Assembly (NCBI GenBank): GCA_028865725.1
Contig: JAGWJP010000001.1
Coordinates: 55,377 to 119,376 of the forward strand
Length of the DNA stretch: 64,000 bases
Reading direction: 5' to 3'
Source: Patescibacteria group bacterium
GTDB taxonomy: Bacteria > Patescibacteriota > Minisyncoccia > UBA6257 > JACRHW01
Notes under the pieces: model-generated
Told to the model about the DNA's origin: nothing
The model's input: the letters and a program-made list of their open reading frames with translations, nothing else
Database searches by the model: none
Translations under genes and position numbers: made by a program
Shown: piece after piece, positions 1 through 9,671 of the stretch
Numbering within the stretch: position 1 is the first letter of the stretch
Layout of the letters: each line of letters starts with the position of its first letter

Positions 1-1802
1 CTTGCAAATTTCCATATCATGAGTCCGCGTGTCAGTTCCTCCTCCGCTTCCTGCTTATTCAGCCACCGCGGTTCCAGTGTTTTTCCAGCCACAATGACAT
101 TGATTCTGTTTGTAGATGCAAGACATTCCCTCAACGTGACAAGCGTACTTGTCCCATCAGGAGGAAAGAAGATGCGGATAAAACATCCTTGCCGTTCTAG
201 CATATCGCTCACGAATCCGGGGTTCTGATGTGAGAATCCATTATGCTCTTGGCGCCATCCCGATGACGTGAGAATGTAGTTGAAGGAGGGTGCTGCGCCG
301 CGCCATGGTATTTCGCGCGCCACTTTCAAAAATTTTGCATATTGATCCGCCATGCTGCTCACGACCTGAATGAAAGCCTCGTAGGACGCAAACACTGCAT
401 GGCGTCCTGTAAGAATATATCCTTGTGCAAGACCCTGCAACGAATGTTCGCTGAGCATCTCAATGACGCGTCCGTCAGATGCGAGATCCATGTCCCAAGG
501 CTCGATAAGGAGTTCAAATGAACGTGGCGTCGTGCTGAATATCGCGTCGAGTTTGTTCGAATACGTTTCATCCGGAGAAAAGAATCGAAAGTTTTTTTGG
601 TTTGCATTGAGTGCGAAGACTTCGTTGAGATAAAGTCCTGCACGCCGCATACTGCTCGATCCTACAATACCTGGTGGATCGGCTTCTTCATTAAAGTGAT
701 CGATTTCTGGAAGAATAAGGTCTTTGCGTATGGTGCCTGCATAGGCGTGGCGGTTTTGTCCTATACGGAGCGAAGGGGCGGGGAGAATACTTCGGATAGA
801 TTCGGAGAATCCTTTTTCAGAATCAAAAAGATTTTCAAAATGATATGAACGAAGCCATGTGCTTAATGCTTTTAGTTCTTCCGGATCGGTTTTGGCAAGA
901 GGTGCGGTGACCTGGTGCGATAAACAGTTTCCTTCAATTTTTTTTCCATGCAATGTTTTGATTCCCGTCCACCCCTTCGGTGTTTTCATGATAATCATGG
1001 GAAAGCGCGCCTCAGCAGTCATCGTGTGATTGCGTGCGGCATGTTGAATGCGTGTGATTACTTCATAGGCATGATCAAGTGCGGTAAACATTTTTTGGTA
1101 GACATCACGTCCTTCTACTATGATTGGCTCATACCCGTACCCTGAAAAGAGATTTTTGAGGTCTTTGTTCGACATTCTTCCAAAGATTGTAGGACCCGAT
1201 ATCTTATAGCCATTCAAATGAAGAATGGGGAGTACGGCTCCGTTTGATGCGGGGTTTATAAACTTGTGTAAGTGCCATCCAGTGGCAGTGGCGGCTGTTT
1301 CCGCTTCGCCATCACCGACGAGACATACGGTGAGAAGATCTGGATTATCCAAAACTGATCCGTAGGCTGTGCTCAGGGCATAGCCTAATTCTCCTCCTTC
1401 TACGATGACACCCGGCGTTCCTGGATTACTGTGGCTTGGAAATCCATAGGGCCAGCTAAATTGTTTTGCGATATATCCTACCCCCGCTTCAGTAGGAAGC
1501 GCTTGAGGATAATACTTGCCTAATGTTTCTTCGATAAATAGGTTTGCCTGAAGGGCAGGAAAGCCATGACCGGGTCCCAACACGAACAGGGTCGACACGC
1601 TGTGTCGTTTTACAAAGTGTTGCAAGTGTCCATACACAAAATTGATGCCAGGACTTGTGCCCCAGTGTCCTAGGAGACGAGGTTTGATATGTTCAAATTT
1701 GAGCGGTTTTTTCAGAAGGAAGTTGTCGGCAAGATAAATTTGAGCTGCTGCAAGATAATTTGCCGCGCGCACATATTCTTTAATTGATTCAATTGGGTTC
1801 AT
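1..1802 (-). CDS. xfp: Phosphoketolase (xylulose-5-P/fructose-6-P). Partial: the C-terminus is cut by the window start.
   Basis: Reverse-strand translation from ATG at 1802-1800 gives MNPIESIKEYVRAANYLAAAQIYL...GHWGTSPG...GDGEAETAATATGWH...LPILHLNGYKISGPT, which are phosphoketolase hallmarks. Missing from the ORF track because it runs off the window edge without a stop. Confidence 0.75.
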   Translation of the reverse strand, partial: MNPIESIKEYVRAANYLAAAQIYLADNFLLKKPLKFEHIKPRLLGHWGTSPGINFVYGHLQHFVKRHSVSTLFVLGPGHGFPALQANLFIEETLGKYYPQALPTEAGVGYIAKQFSWPYGFPSHSNPGTPGVIVEGGELGYALSTAYGSVLDNPDLLTVCLVGDGEAETAATATGWHLHKFINPASNGAVLPILHLNGYKISGPTIFGRMSNKDLKNLFSGYGYEPIIVEGRDVYQKMFTALDHAYEVITRIQHAARNHTMTAEARFPMIIMKTPKGWTGIKTLHGKKIEGNCLSHQVTAPLAKTDPEELKALSTWLRSYHFENLFDSEKGFSESIRSILPAPSLRIGQNRHAYAGTIRKDLILPEIDHFNEEADPPGIVGSSSMRRAGLYLNEVFALNANQKNFRFFSPDETYSNKLDAIFSTTPRSFELLIEPWDMDLASDGRVIEMLSEHSLQGLAQGYILTGRHAVFASYEAFIQVVSSMADQYAKFLKVAREIPWRGAAPSFNYILTSSGWRQEHNGFSHQNPGFVSDMLERQGCFIRIFFPPDGTSTLVTLRECLASTNRINVIVAGKTLEPRWLNKQEAEEELTRGLMIWKFA

Positions 1803-2122
1803 ACGCAGGGGGGTAAAGTATATCTCTCTTATTTTAGAACATCTTCATCAATAAGTTAAATTTTCTTGTCCGACATTCTTGTGTTTGTGAAAACATCGTT
1901 TTATAAATAACGTACGTCTCTCGTCTATGTTTTTGACATCCGCGGTGTGTTAGTGGTACCTTGAATATATCTTGTTTATACTAATTTGTTGCATCATAAT
2001 GCTAATTTCATTGCTATTATACAGACATATTGTTCCGTTGCCATGTTCCACATTAAAGAATCGTGCGGAAGACGTTGAAGGAAGTGGCGCGGGAGGATTA
2101 GCAGAAGCGTCAGCACACTATT

Positions 2123-3640
2123 ATGGGATTTCCAATCGTGGGTATTTTGGTTTTGGTAGGCGCGGGAGTAGGATACGCTATTCGTGAGTTAAACGCGAAA
2201 ATCTCTACGAACTCTGCAGAAATGAAGGTGCGGAATTTACTGGAATCCGCAAGACAAGAAGCGAAAGAGACATTATTATCCGCAAAAGACAAAGCGGTCA
2301 AGATTCTCGAGGAGGCAAAAGGTGAAGAAAAAGAACGAAAACTTTCCCTTCAACGCATTGAGGAACGTCTTTTGCATCGCGAAGAACTTTTCGAAAAGAA
2401 ATCACAAGAGGTAGAAGAAAAAAACAAAACAGTTGATAGCGAGCTTGATCGTTTGAAAGTAGTCAAGGCTCAACTTGAAAAATCAAGCCAGAAAATCAAT
2501 GGAGAATTGGAGCGTGTGGCGCAGATGACGCGCGAACAGGCGCGCGAAGAGCTTGTGTCCAAAGCGGAGTCTGAACACCGTAATGATTTGACGCGCGCAC
2601 TCATGAAGCTCGAACAGACTAAACAGGAAGAAATCGAAAAAAAGACGAGTGAATTGGTGACGACCGCGATTCAACGCTACGCACGTTCCCATGTAAGTGA
2701 TATTACGACATCTTATCTTCCGCTTCCTGCCGAGGATTTGAAAGGAAAGATCATCGGACGTGAAGGACGAAATATTCGCACATTTGAACGATTGACCGGA
2801 GTAGAGGTCATCATGGATGAGGCGCCTGATGTGATCGTATTTTCTTCGTTTGATCCTGTGCGTCGCGAGGTAGCTCGTCTCGCGATGGAAAAACTTATTA
2901 AGGATGGCAGAATCCAGCCCGCAAAAATAGAAGAGAAGGTGGCGGAGGCAGGACAGGAAATGAATGAACGAATGCGTGAGGCGGGGGAGAATGCGGCATA
3001 TGAGGTAGGCGTGTTGGATTTGCCGCGGGAACTTATTATGCTTCTCGGCAGATTGAATTATCGTACCAGTTTTGGACAAAATGTATTGATGCATTCCGTA
3101 GAAATGGCGCATATTGCAGGCATGCTTGCCGAAGAACTTGGACTCCGCGTCGATATCGCAAAAAAGGGTGCACTGCTTCATGATATTGGAAAGGCGGTAG
3201 ATCATGAGATTCAAGGTACGCATGTAAACATTGGAAAGAAAATCTTACAAAAATACGGTATGCCAGAAGATATTATTCGAGCCATGCACTCACATCACGA
3301 AGAGTATCCGGTCGAGATCCCGGAGGCATATTTGGTGAATGCTGCGGATATTATTTCGGCCGGGCGTCCGGGTGCACGCAGAGAAACGCTCGAGTTTTAT
3401 GTAAAGCGTCTTGAGGATCTTGAAAAAATCGCGCATATGTTCCACGGTGTGGAAAAAGCATATGCAATCCAGGCAGGACGTGAAATTCGCGTGTTTGTCG
3501 TGCCTGAAAAGGTAGATGATTTCGGAGCAATCAGACTCGCACATGATATCGCAAAGCGTATTGAAGCGGATTTGAAGTATCCCGGCGAGATTAAAGTAAA
3601 CGTAATTCGTGAGACACGCGCGGTAGAATACGCCCGATAG
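2123..3640 (+). CDS. rny: Ribonuclease Y (N-terminal TM helix, coiled coil, KH domain, HD domain)
   Basis: 505 aa. KH motif region KGKIIGREGRNIRTFERLTGVEVIMDE. HD region HSVEMAHIAGMLAEELG...LLHDIGK. Confidence 0.9.
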   Translation: MGFPIVGILVLVGAGVGYAIRELNAKISTNSAEMKVRNLLESARQEAKETLLSAKDKAVKILEEAKGEEKERKLSLQRIEERLLHREELFEKKSQEVEEKNKTVDSELDRLKVVKAQLEKSSQKINGELERVAQMTREQAREELVSKAESEHRNDLTRALMKLEQTKQEEIEKKTSELVTTAIQRYARSHVSDITTSYLPLPAEDLKGKIIGREGRNIRTFERLTGVEVIMDEAPDVIVFSSFDPVRREVARLAMEKLIKDGRIQPAKIEEKVAEAGQEMNERMREAGENAAYEVGVLDLPRELIMLLGRLNYRTSFGQNVLMHSVEMAHIAGMLAEELGLRVDIAKKGALLHDIGKAVDHEIQGTHVNIGKKILQKYGMPEDIIRAMHSHHEEYPVEIPEAYLVNAADIISAGRPGARRETLEFYVKRLEDLEKIAHMFHGVEKAYAIQAGREIRVFVVPEKVDDFGAIRLAHDIAKRIEADLKYPGEIKVNVIRETRAVEYAR

Positions 3641-3802
3641 GAATTCAATTGCCGCACCCCGATTTTACGGAAGGAATCTAAATGGTCATGATGTGGGTAA
3701 ACCCCTTGTCTTTTTCTCAGTTTTTTTAGTACCATAAGAAGAGAAGAGGGTATGATGCCCCATGTGGTGAAAGGTCGTCAATTTATAATTCAATCATTTG
3801 TT

Positions 3803-4075
3803 ATGTCAAAAGAAGGATTAGTGGAAGCAGTGCAAAAAGTTGCAGAGATGAGTAAGAGCCAAGCTCAAGAAATTGTGAACACTGTTTTTGAAACAATTAC
3901 CCAGACACTTAAAAACGGAGAGGAGGTTGCGGTCACTGGTTTTGGTACATTTCGTGTATCAAAAAGAGCCGCACGTATGGCTACCAACCCAAAGACAGGT
4001 GAAAAGATAAATGTCCCCGCTAAAATCGTTCCCAAGTTTAAGCCTGGTAAGGGATTAAAGGATGCAGTGGCATAA
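3803..4075 (+). CDS. hup: HU family DNA-binding protein
   Basis: 90 aa from the internal ATG. Sequence MSKEGLVEAV...GFGTFRVSKRAARMATNPKTGEKINVPAKIVPKFKPGK is typical HU. Confidence 0.85.
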   Translation: MSKEGLVEAVQKVAEMSKSQAQEIVNTVFETITQTLKNGEEVAVTGFGTFRVSKRAARMATNPKTGEKINVPAKIVPKFKPGKGLKDAVA

Positions 4076-4107
4076 GAAGGTTTCCTCATAAGGGGACTCT
4101 AAGACAA

Positions 4108-4143
4108 TAAAAACTCCTTGGAATTTTCAAGGAGTTTTTATTG
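4108..4143. terminator. Rho-independent terminator between convergent genes (bidirectional)
   Basis: aaaactccttg-gaattttc-caaggagttttt hairpin followed by a T-run. Confidence 0.7.
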
Positions 4144-4163
4144 TAGGGATGAGTTGGTGTGTA

Positions 4164-4919
4164 TTACGAACCACTTACATGGAGTACGTTTCCAATGGCA
4201 ATAAATTCATCATAGACGTTCTGAAGAAGTCCGTTGATGCGACTTAGGGCGTCAAGGCCATTGGTATAGTCTTCTGTTGTCGAGAGTGTTTCAAACAATA
4301 AACGTGTCTCTGAAGTGGTGGTCTGAATTTCATCCAATTGAGATTTAATTTCTGAGAGGTACGCAGTAACAGCAAGGTGCGCAGGATTAAGAAATAATTG
4401 TGCGGTAGAACTGCTTACTTGATTGAAACGAGTGACTGCGATAGCACGCGCCCGTTCCGCATCGTTTACAAGGAGGATCCCTGTAATTTGTTTTTGCAGA
4501 ATATCTTGTATTTCTTGGCGATGTTGTTTGACGTCAAGCACAACCGCCTTGATTGCGTCAGTGGATGTAGCACTTGCAGTTATTTTTCGTTCTGCAAGAT
4601 ACCACTGTTCGTCATTCCAGATCGCGTCGAGAAATTTATTTTGTGTGCTACTCGCAAGCGTCGCATTAGTCACGCTTTTCCCAAGATTGTCATCCTCACT
4701 TATCAGGTAAGAATATAGATTGTCGAGGATGTTTTTATTGAGTTTTAAAATTTGTAATTTCGATGCATTGTTCTCTTCCGCATTTTTAAGAGCATTTACC
4801 TGTTGTTGTAATGCAGTAAGAGTAATTTGCGATTGCGCCGCGGCGAGGCTTGTCCCATATGAGGAACATAACCAAACTCCGCTTATCACGAGAACATAGA
4901 GTTTTTTAGAGAAGTTCAT
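4164..4919 (-). CDS. Hypothetical secreted protein (signal peptide)
   Basis: ORF with N-terminal MNFSKKLYVLVISGVWLCSSYGTSLAAAQ. Probable start is the internal Met. Sits downstream of the ECF sigma / membrane-protein pair. Confidence 0.5.
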   Translation of the reverse strand: MNFSKKLYVLVISGVWLCSSYGTSLAAAQSQITLTALQQQVNALKNAEENNASKLQILKLNKNILDNLYSYLISEDDNLGKSVTNATLASSTQNKFLDAIWNDEQWYLAERKITASATSTDAIKAVVLDVKQHRQEIQDILQKQITGILLVNDAERARAIAVTRFNQVSSSTAQLFLNPAHLAVTAYLSEIKSQLDEIQTTTSETRLLFETLSTTEDYTNGLDALSRINGLLQNVYDEFIAIGNVLHVSGS

Positions 4920-5340
4920 CGAGAATAGTATTAACAGTTGGTGTGTGCGGGCCACTTGTAGGAGAGGAAGGCGCTGATGACATTTTTGCGAAGGCTAGGT
5001 TTTGGATAGTGCGATCAATTACTTTATTGTTGGAATCTTGTTTTTTTGTCTCCTTAATTTTTGCAGCGAGATTAATGTTGTCAAATTCTTGAATGAGAGC
5101 GTTATGATCAAGGCTCGAGAGTGTTGCAGGGGCTGGCGCTATTACAATGGGGTGGAACAGGAGTAAGGATAATGCGATTATTCCGCTTGTGCCAAGGGCG
5201 AGGCTTACAAGCATGCGAGGAGCGAGAAATGTGACGGGAGGCGTAATGGCGCGGAGTAATTTCTTTTTTGAAAACGCATAATAACCCTTATGAGGACGGA
5301 TGTGGCGCAGTCGTTTAATTGTTCCTACGAGATCATTCAT
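4906..5340 (-). CDS. Membrane protein, putative anti-sigma factor
   Basis: 144 aa with one hydrophobic TM segment. Overlaps the ECF sigma stop by 4 nt. Confidence 0.45.
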   Translation of the reverse strand: MNDLVGTIKRLRHIRPHKGYYAFSKKKLLRAITPPVTFLAPRMLVSLALGTSGIIALSLLLFHPIVIAPAPATLSSLDHNALIQEFDNINLAAKIKETKKQDSNNKVIDRTIQNLAFAKMSSAPSSPTSGPHTPTVNTILDELL

Positions 5341-5906
5341 GATGCATCGAGTTTGTGTTTTAGTTTGGCGATTGCTCTATGGATAAGGACTTTTGTGGCA
5401 CTCTCACTTTTTTGTATGATAGATGCCACTGCTTTATGATCCAAATCTTCTACATAACGGAGAAGGAGCGCATCTTGTTCAATGGGGCCGAGCTCAGCAA
5501 TATATTTTTTTATTCCTTGTAGGGCTATATGTGACTCAAGACGTTCTAATTCGTTCGAGGAAACAAGTTTACTTTGAAATGTTTCAGACAATTCGGAAGT
5601 TGCTTTTCTGGTGCGATAGAAATCGATCACCGTATTTCTCGCAATGCTATAGAGCCAGGAGAGGAAGGGAATTCCGCGTTCTTCATAGTAAGGAATATGA
5701 TCCCATGCCTTAAGAAAGGTCTGATGAACCAGATCCTCCGTATCTTCTTGATTACTTGTTTTAAGGAAGATAAACCGATAAATACTTTCCGCATAAAGCT
5801 CATAAAGGACCCCAAAAGCGTTTGTATTTCCACTTTTTGCCTTTTTCACGAGTGTAGGTACGTCGATTTTTTCTCTCTTAGGTATAAAACGATTGAATAA
5901 GGACAT
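5337..5906 (-). CDS. RNA polymerase sigma-70 family ECF sigma factor
   Basis: Region 2: LVHQTFLKAWDHIPYYEERGIPFLSWLYSIARNTVIDFYRTRK. Region 4 helix-turn-helix near the C-terminus. Confidence 0.8.
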   Translation of the reverse strand: MSLFNRFIPKREKIDVPTLVKKAKSGNTNAFGVLYELYAESIYRFIFLKTSNQEDTEDLVHQTFLKAWDHIPYYEERGIPFLSWLYSIARNTVIDFYRTRKATSELSETFQSKLVSSNELERLESHIALQGIKKYIAELGPIEQDALLLRYVEDLDHKAVASIIQKSESATKVLIHRAIAKLKHKLDAS

Positions 5907-5976
5907 TGGTAACAGCGCGAGCTAAAAGTATACTTTTCTGGTGTTATTGTGTGGAGAACGACCATGTTCTGATATG

Positions 5977-6048
5977 AGCGGGCGATGGGAATCGAACCCA
6001 CGTCTCAACCTTGGAAGGGTCGCATAATAGCCACTATACGACGCCCGC
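5977..6048 (-). tRNA. tRNA-Gly (anticodon TCC)
   Basis: Reverse complement GCGGGCG...CGACC-CTTCCAA-GGTTG...GGGTTCGATTCCCATCGCCCGCT. Cloverleaf fits and the anticodon loop is CT-TCC-AA. Confidence 0.85.
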
Positions 6049-6166
6049 AATGCATGCCAATCAATACTTCCTGTTGTTTTTAGATTACCCTTTGTTTTTT
6101 CATTTGTAAATGTAGGGAAGGATGTTTGATATTTTGTGTATTCTATAAAAATTCGATACAATAGAC

Positions 6167-7012
6167 ATGAAAATATTTTTTATGGCGGAACTCACTATTC
6201 TAAAAGCAAACGGCGAACATGAGCCGTTTTCACTTGAAAAGATTAAACGTACGGCGATGCGTGCACAGGCAGACGAACTTCTCGCATCTCGTGTTGCGCA
6301 TGAAGTAGAGCAAAAGGCGTATGACGGCATCTCTACAAAAGAGATTCTCCATTTAATTCGCAATTCTCTTGCTGCTCATTCTCCTGTTGTGGCATCGCGA
6401 TATGGATTAAAGGAGGCAATCTTAAAATTGGGTCCGACAGGTTTTGATTTTGAAAAATATCTTGTTTATGTGTTTAGGGCGTATGGATATCATGCTGAAT
6501 TGCCCCCCCTCTTGCAGGGAATGTGCGTGACGCATGAGGTAGATCTTTTGATTGAAAAAGACAAACGTAGGGGAATGGTAGAAGCTAAGCTCCACCACGA
6601 TCCTATTTATGTGGGTATTCAGGTCACTATGGCAACGTGGGCGCGGTTCTTGGATCTTGTCGATGCGGGGCAGATTGGCAAGTGTCCTCATTTAGATGAA
6701 GTGTGGATGGTGACCAATGGAAAATTTTCTCATGAATCGCTTCAATTTGGGCACTGTAAAAATATGATTCTTTTGGGGTGGAATCATCCTAAAGAACGCC
6801 CTCTTTCAGCCTGGATTGATGACAAGCATTTGTATCCTATTACGATCCTTTATCACTTGTCCGCTGAGGAACACAGAATGCTTGTTGATGCAAACATTAT
6901 CCTGGTAAGCCAGCTTTTGGAACATAAACCTTATGAATTACAACACATTCTTCATACATCAGAAGAACGTATTACTGAATTGTGTCGCGTTTCGGAAGGG
7001 CTTTTGAAGTAA
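6167..7012 (+). CDS. ATP-cone domain protein fused to a restriction-endonuclease-like (Mrr-like) C-terminal domain
   Basis: N-terminus ILKANGEHEPFSLEKIKRTAMRA resembles an ATP cone. The C-terminal nuclease-fold assignment is inference. Confidence 0.45.
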   Translation: MKIFFMAELTILKANGEHEPFSLEKIKRTAMRAQADELLASRVAHEVEQKAYDGISTKEILHLIRNSLAAHSPVVASRYGLKEAILKLGPTGFDFEKYLVYVFRAYGYHAELPPLLQGMCVTHEVDLLIEKDKRRGMVEAKLHHDPIYVGIQVTMATWARFLDLVDAGQIGKCPHLDEVWMVTNGKFSHESLQFGHCKNMILLGWNHPKERPLSAWIDDKHLYPITILYHLSAEEHRMLVDANIILVSQLLEHKPYELQHILHTSEERITELCRVSEGLLK

Positions 7013-7018
7013 TTATGG

Positions 7019-7089
7019 TCGGGACGCAGGGAATCGAACCCTGATCGCACGCTCCCAAAGCGCGTATACTACCATTATACGACGTCCCG
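7019..7089 (-). tRNA. tRNA-Pro (anticodon TGG)
   Basis: Reverse complement CGGGACG...CGCGC-TTTGGGA-GCGTG...CAGGGTTCGATTCCCTGCGTCCCGA. The anticodon assignment is the less certain part. Confidence 0.7.
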
Positions 7090-7168
7090 ATTGCTGCTGA
7101 AGAGTGTTTTTATTCTACATAGATTTGTTGGATTTATCAAACATGGTATAGTAATTCGAGATTATGCC

Positions 7169-7240
7169 GCCCTCGTAGCTTAATGGATAAAGCAGGACTC
7201 TTCTAAGGTCTTGATGTGGGTTCGATTCCTACCGAGGGCA
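7169..7240 (+). tRNA. tRNA-Arg (anticodon TCT)
   Basis: GCCCTCG...GGACT-CTTCTAA-GGTCT...GGGTTCGATTCCTACCGAGGGCA. The anticodon stem has G-U pairs, so the anticodon call is moderately confident. Confidence 0.7.
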
Positions 7241-7260
7241 CATGGGCGAAATTTTTTCAT

Positions 7261-7827
7261 ATGTTAACACAAAACATGAAACAAATAAAAAAGAAGAAAG
7301 TAGCGAAAAATGTGGTGAAAAAAGTTTCAGCGGCAAAGAAACCAGCTAAAAAAGGAACAGTGAAATTAGTGAAGGAACCACTAAAGACGAAATCGGAAAA
7401 AAGGGCGATGAAGAAACATCAAAAAAGGGAAATCGGGGTCATTAAAAAATTGGCGCTGAAGGGAAAGACTACAAAAAGGCCGGTTTCTAAAAAGGTGAAG
7501 TCGCATCTTGTGGCGAAGAAATCAATCAAAAATCCGCTACCCACAAAAAGAGTTGTGATTGTATCTTCCGTTCATGAAAAAGAGGTGGGCGTTGTGACAC
7601 ACATGTTCGACGCTATCCGCGTAGGTGTCGTGCTTCTTGCAAAAGCAGGCTTACAAAAAGGAGATCATATTCGCATTCGCAGGGGTGATGTGGTGTTTGA
7701 TCAGAGAGTGGAGTCGATGCAAAAAGATCATGTTCATCTTGATGCGGCGAAGAAAGGCGAGGAGATTGGGTTGAAGCTTAAGAAAGTTACCAAAAGCGGA
7801 GCCAAGGTGTACAAAATAGAAAAGTAG
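7261..7827 (+). CDS. Lysine-rich (histone H1-like) protein with a C-terminal translation-factor-like beta-barrel domain
   Basis: The ORF-track start at 7216 overlaps tRNA-Arg, so an internal Met is used. N-terminal KKKK-rich tail. C-terminus VGVVLLAKAGLQKGDHIRI...IGLKLKKV. Confidence 0.45.
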   Translation: MLTQNMKQIKKKKVAKNVVKKVSAAKKPAKKGTVKLVKEPLKTKSEKRAMKKHQKREIGVIKKLALKGKTTKRPVSKKVKSHLVAKKSIKNPLPTKRVVIVSSVHEKEVGVVTHMFDAIRVGVVLLAKAGLQKGDHIRIRRGDVVFDQRVESMQKDHVHLDAAKKGEEIGLKLKKVTKSGAKVYKIEK

Positions 7828-7870
7828 GCTATAATAGATTTCTGGATTCTCACGAAAAAGATGAGATCAT

Positions 7871-7945
7871 GGTGCCCATGGTGTAACGGCAACACTAGAG
7901 TTTGTGGAGCTCTCATTACGGGTTCGAGTCCCGTTGGGCACCCCA
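7871..7945 (+). tRNA. tRNA-His (anticodon GTG) with encoded G-1 and 3' CCA
   Basis: G-GTGCCCA...AGAGT-TTGTGGA-GCTCT...ACGGGTTCGAGTCCCGTTGGGCAC-C-CCA. The extra 5' G pairs with discriminator C. Confidence 0.85.
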
Positions 7946-9532
7946 AGAGAGAATTAATTGAGCGAAAGCCTCATTTCGTTCAGTGTTTGTAAGGTTTTTC
8001 GCCAGTTCTAATCGCTTGAATTCCATTTCTAACGCAGGATATGCTTTTTCTATGGGAACGAACCATTCGTTAGGTATTATCACGACTTTTCCGTTTTTGA
8101 GCCAAAAGTTCTGACCAAGTGCTGAAAAGAGCTCTCGCTTCCTTTCCAAGCTACCTGTAAGGAATTCTTTACGAGCATAACAGGCGAAATAAAAAGTCTT
8201 TTCTGTGAGTTCCAGCCACTTGCTGGCTCTATTTTCAGTTTCGTGTAAGTTTTGTTGGAGCTTCAGTATTTTTGCTTTGAGTCCGTCTCGTTCTTTGATG
8301 AATGTCTCGTCATCAATAAGTTCCCGATATCGCATCTTTGTAAGGTTGTCCAATTCTCGCTGGGTAGCAACAAGGGTCTGGTGTTGTGTCTCGTATATTT
8401 TTGTCCGTTCCTCAATTTCTTTGTCATTATCACGATTTAGTATCTCAAGAGCCCATTTTAGGAATTGAGGAAGAATAGTGTATCGTTCAAGTTCAATATC
8501 AATCATTTCCTCGACTTCTTTAAGTGGAATTCTTATCTTTTGGGTACAGACTGCATTTTTCTTTTGATGACCGCAATGATAGTAGACGTAAGCTTTCAAT
8601 TCCATCGTCTTTTTTACTATCTTTATTTTTTCTGTGGCAGTAATCATCCCACCACAAACACTACATACAATAATTCCTGTGTATGCGAAATCGTGTGCTT
8701 TAGGGCGTGGTCTTCCTTTCCGTCCCAAAAGGATTTGGACACGGTCATACTCTTCAAGGGTAATCATTGCTTCATGATTGCCTTGGTATGTAGTTCCTGA
8801 CCAGACGAAAAGACCCGTATAAAATATATTGGAAAATATGCGATACATTTCAGAGAGCGACATCTCTTTATTTCCAAGTTTGCTCCATTTCGGTGTTCGG
8901 AACCCCCATTCATTATTTGCTATGGCAAGTATTTTTGAGGGAGTGTAATTGCCCGTGAGCATCATGTCCCACATTTTGCGAACCAGATGAAATCGTTCTG
9001 GGTCTTTGTAGATAGTATGTTCAAGTTTATCGTTCAAGTAACCAACAGGAGCACGGGATGGGAGCCATCCACGTTCAGCTTTTCCCACCATTCCTCGTCT
9101 GCTATTTTTGCGGAGGTCTATGATGAATTGATTTGCCATTCCGCTTTCAACATTGAAGAGGAGGACATTGTCGTCGGGGAGATATCTGCGGTCTATGGTT
9201 TGGATACACTGCAAGATACCTTGTTGGAGCATCCAGCTTATTGTTCCGCTGTCTATTGGGTTTCTGGAAAGACGATTAATTTGCCAACATAAGATGCCCT
9301 GGGCTTCTCCATTTTCAATTCGTTTGAGCATTTCTGCAAAGACAGGGCGGCAGTTTGGTTTCTTTGCTGATTTTGCTTCTGTGAGTATTTCTTTAATTGA
9401 AATACCAAGGGTGTTTGCAAGTTCTTTAAGGCGGTTTATTTGGTCGTCGATGGATTGAACCTGCCTATCCTCGCTTTCTGATGATTTGCGAGCGTAGAGA
9501 AAATATGTAATTTTTTGGTCTTGTTGTTTCAT
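7916..9532 (-). CDS. Large serine recombinase (integrase). Its 3' end overlaps the tRNA-His 3' end.
   Basis: N-terminal resolvase domain ...YFLYARKSSESEDRQVQSIDDQ (catalytic Ser). Central recombinase domain and a Cys-rich zinc-ribbon region. Confidence 0.85.
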   Translation of the reverse strand: MKQQDQKITYFLYARKSSESEDRQVQSIDDQINRLKELANTLGISIKEILTEAKSAKKPNCRPVFAEMLKRIENGEAQGILCWQINRLSRNPIDSGTISWMLQQGILQCIQTIDRRYLPDDNVLLFNVESGMANQFIIDLRKNSRRGMVGKAERGWLPSRAPVGYLNDKLEHTIYKDPERFHLVRKMWDMMLTGNYTPSKILAIANNEWGFRTPKWSKLGNKEMSLSEMYRIFSNIFYTGLFVWSGTTYQGNHEAMITLEEYDRVQILLGRKGRPRPKAHDFAYTGIIVCSVCGGMITATEKIKIVKKTMELKAYVYYHCGHQKKNAVCTQKIRIPLKEVEEMIDIELERYTILPQFLKWALEILNRDNDKEIEERTKIYETQHQTLVATQRELDNLTKMRYRELIDDETFIKERDGLKAKILKLQQNLHETENRASKWLELTEKTFYFACYARKEFLTGSLERKRELFSALGQNFWLKNGKVVIIPNEWFVPIEKAYPALEMEFKRLELAKNLTNTERNEAFAQLILSWGAQRDSNP

Positions 9533-9671
9533 AAATGAAATTAAAAGGGACGGTTCTGGTTGACCCAATTACTTGCTCACGAGGAGTAGCCTACTGGCAG
9601 AACCGCCCCTTTTAGGGCAGTAAGCAATAAAAAAACTCGTGATGTACTATATAACTGGGCCAACGTAATGA

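Noticed and set aside
1934-1990. Promoter for rny (TTGACA at 1934, TTGAAT/TATACT at ~1961-1990)
   Set aside because: Spacing between the candidate -35 and -10 hexamers is not canonical (22 or 10 nt).
2483-3223. 246-aa minus-strand ORF inside rny, plus similar antisense ORFs (3397-3735, 37685-38116, 39626-40021, 47508-47918, 50198-50632 and others)
   Set aside because: Shadow ORFs opposite strongly supported genes
3752-3802. N-terminal 17-aa extension of HU (MMPHVVKGRQFIIQSFV)
   Set aside because: HU proteins start at the conserved MSKxxL region. The extension is not homologous.
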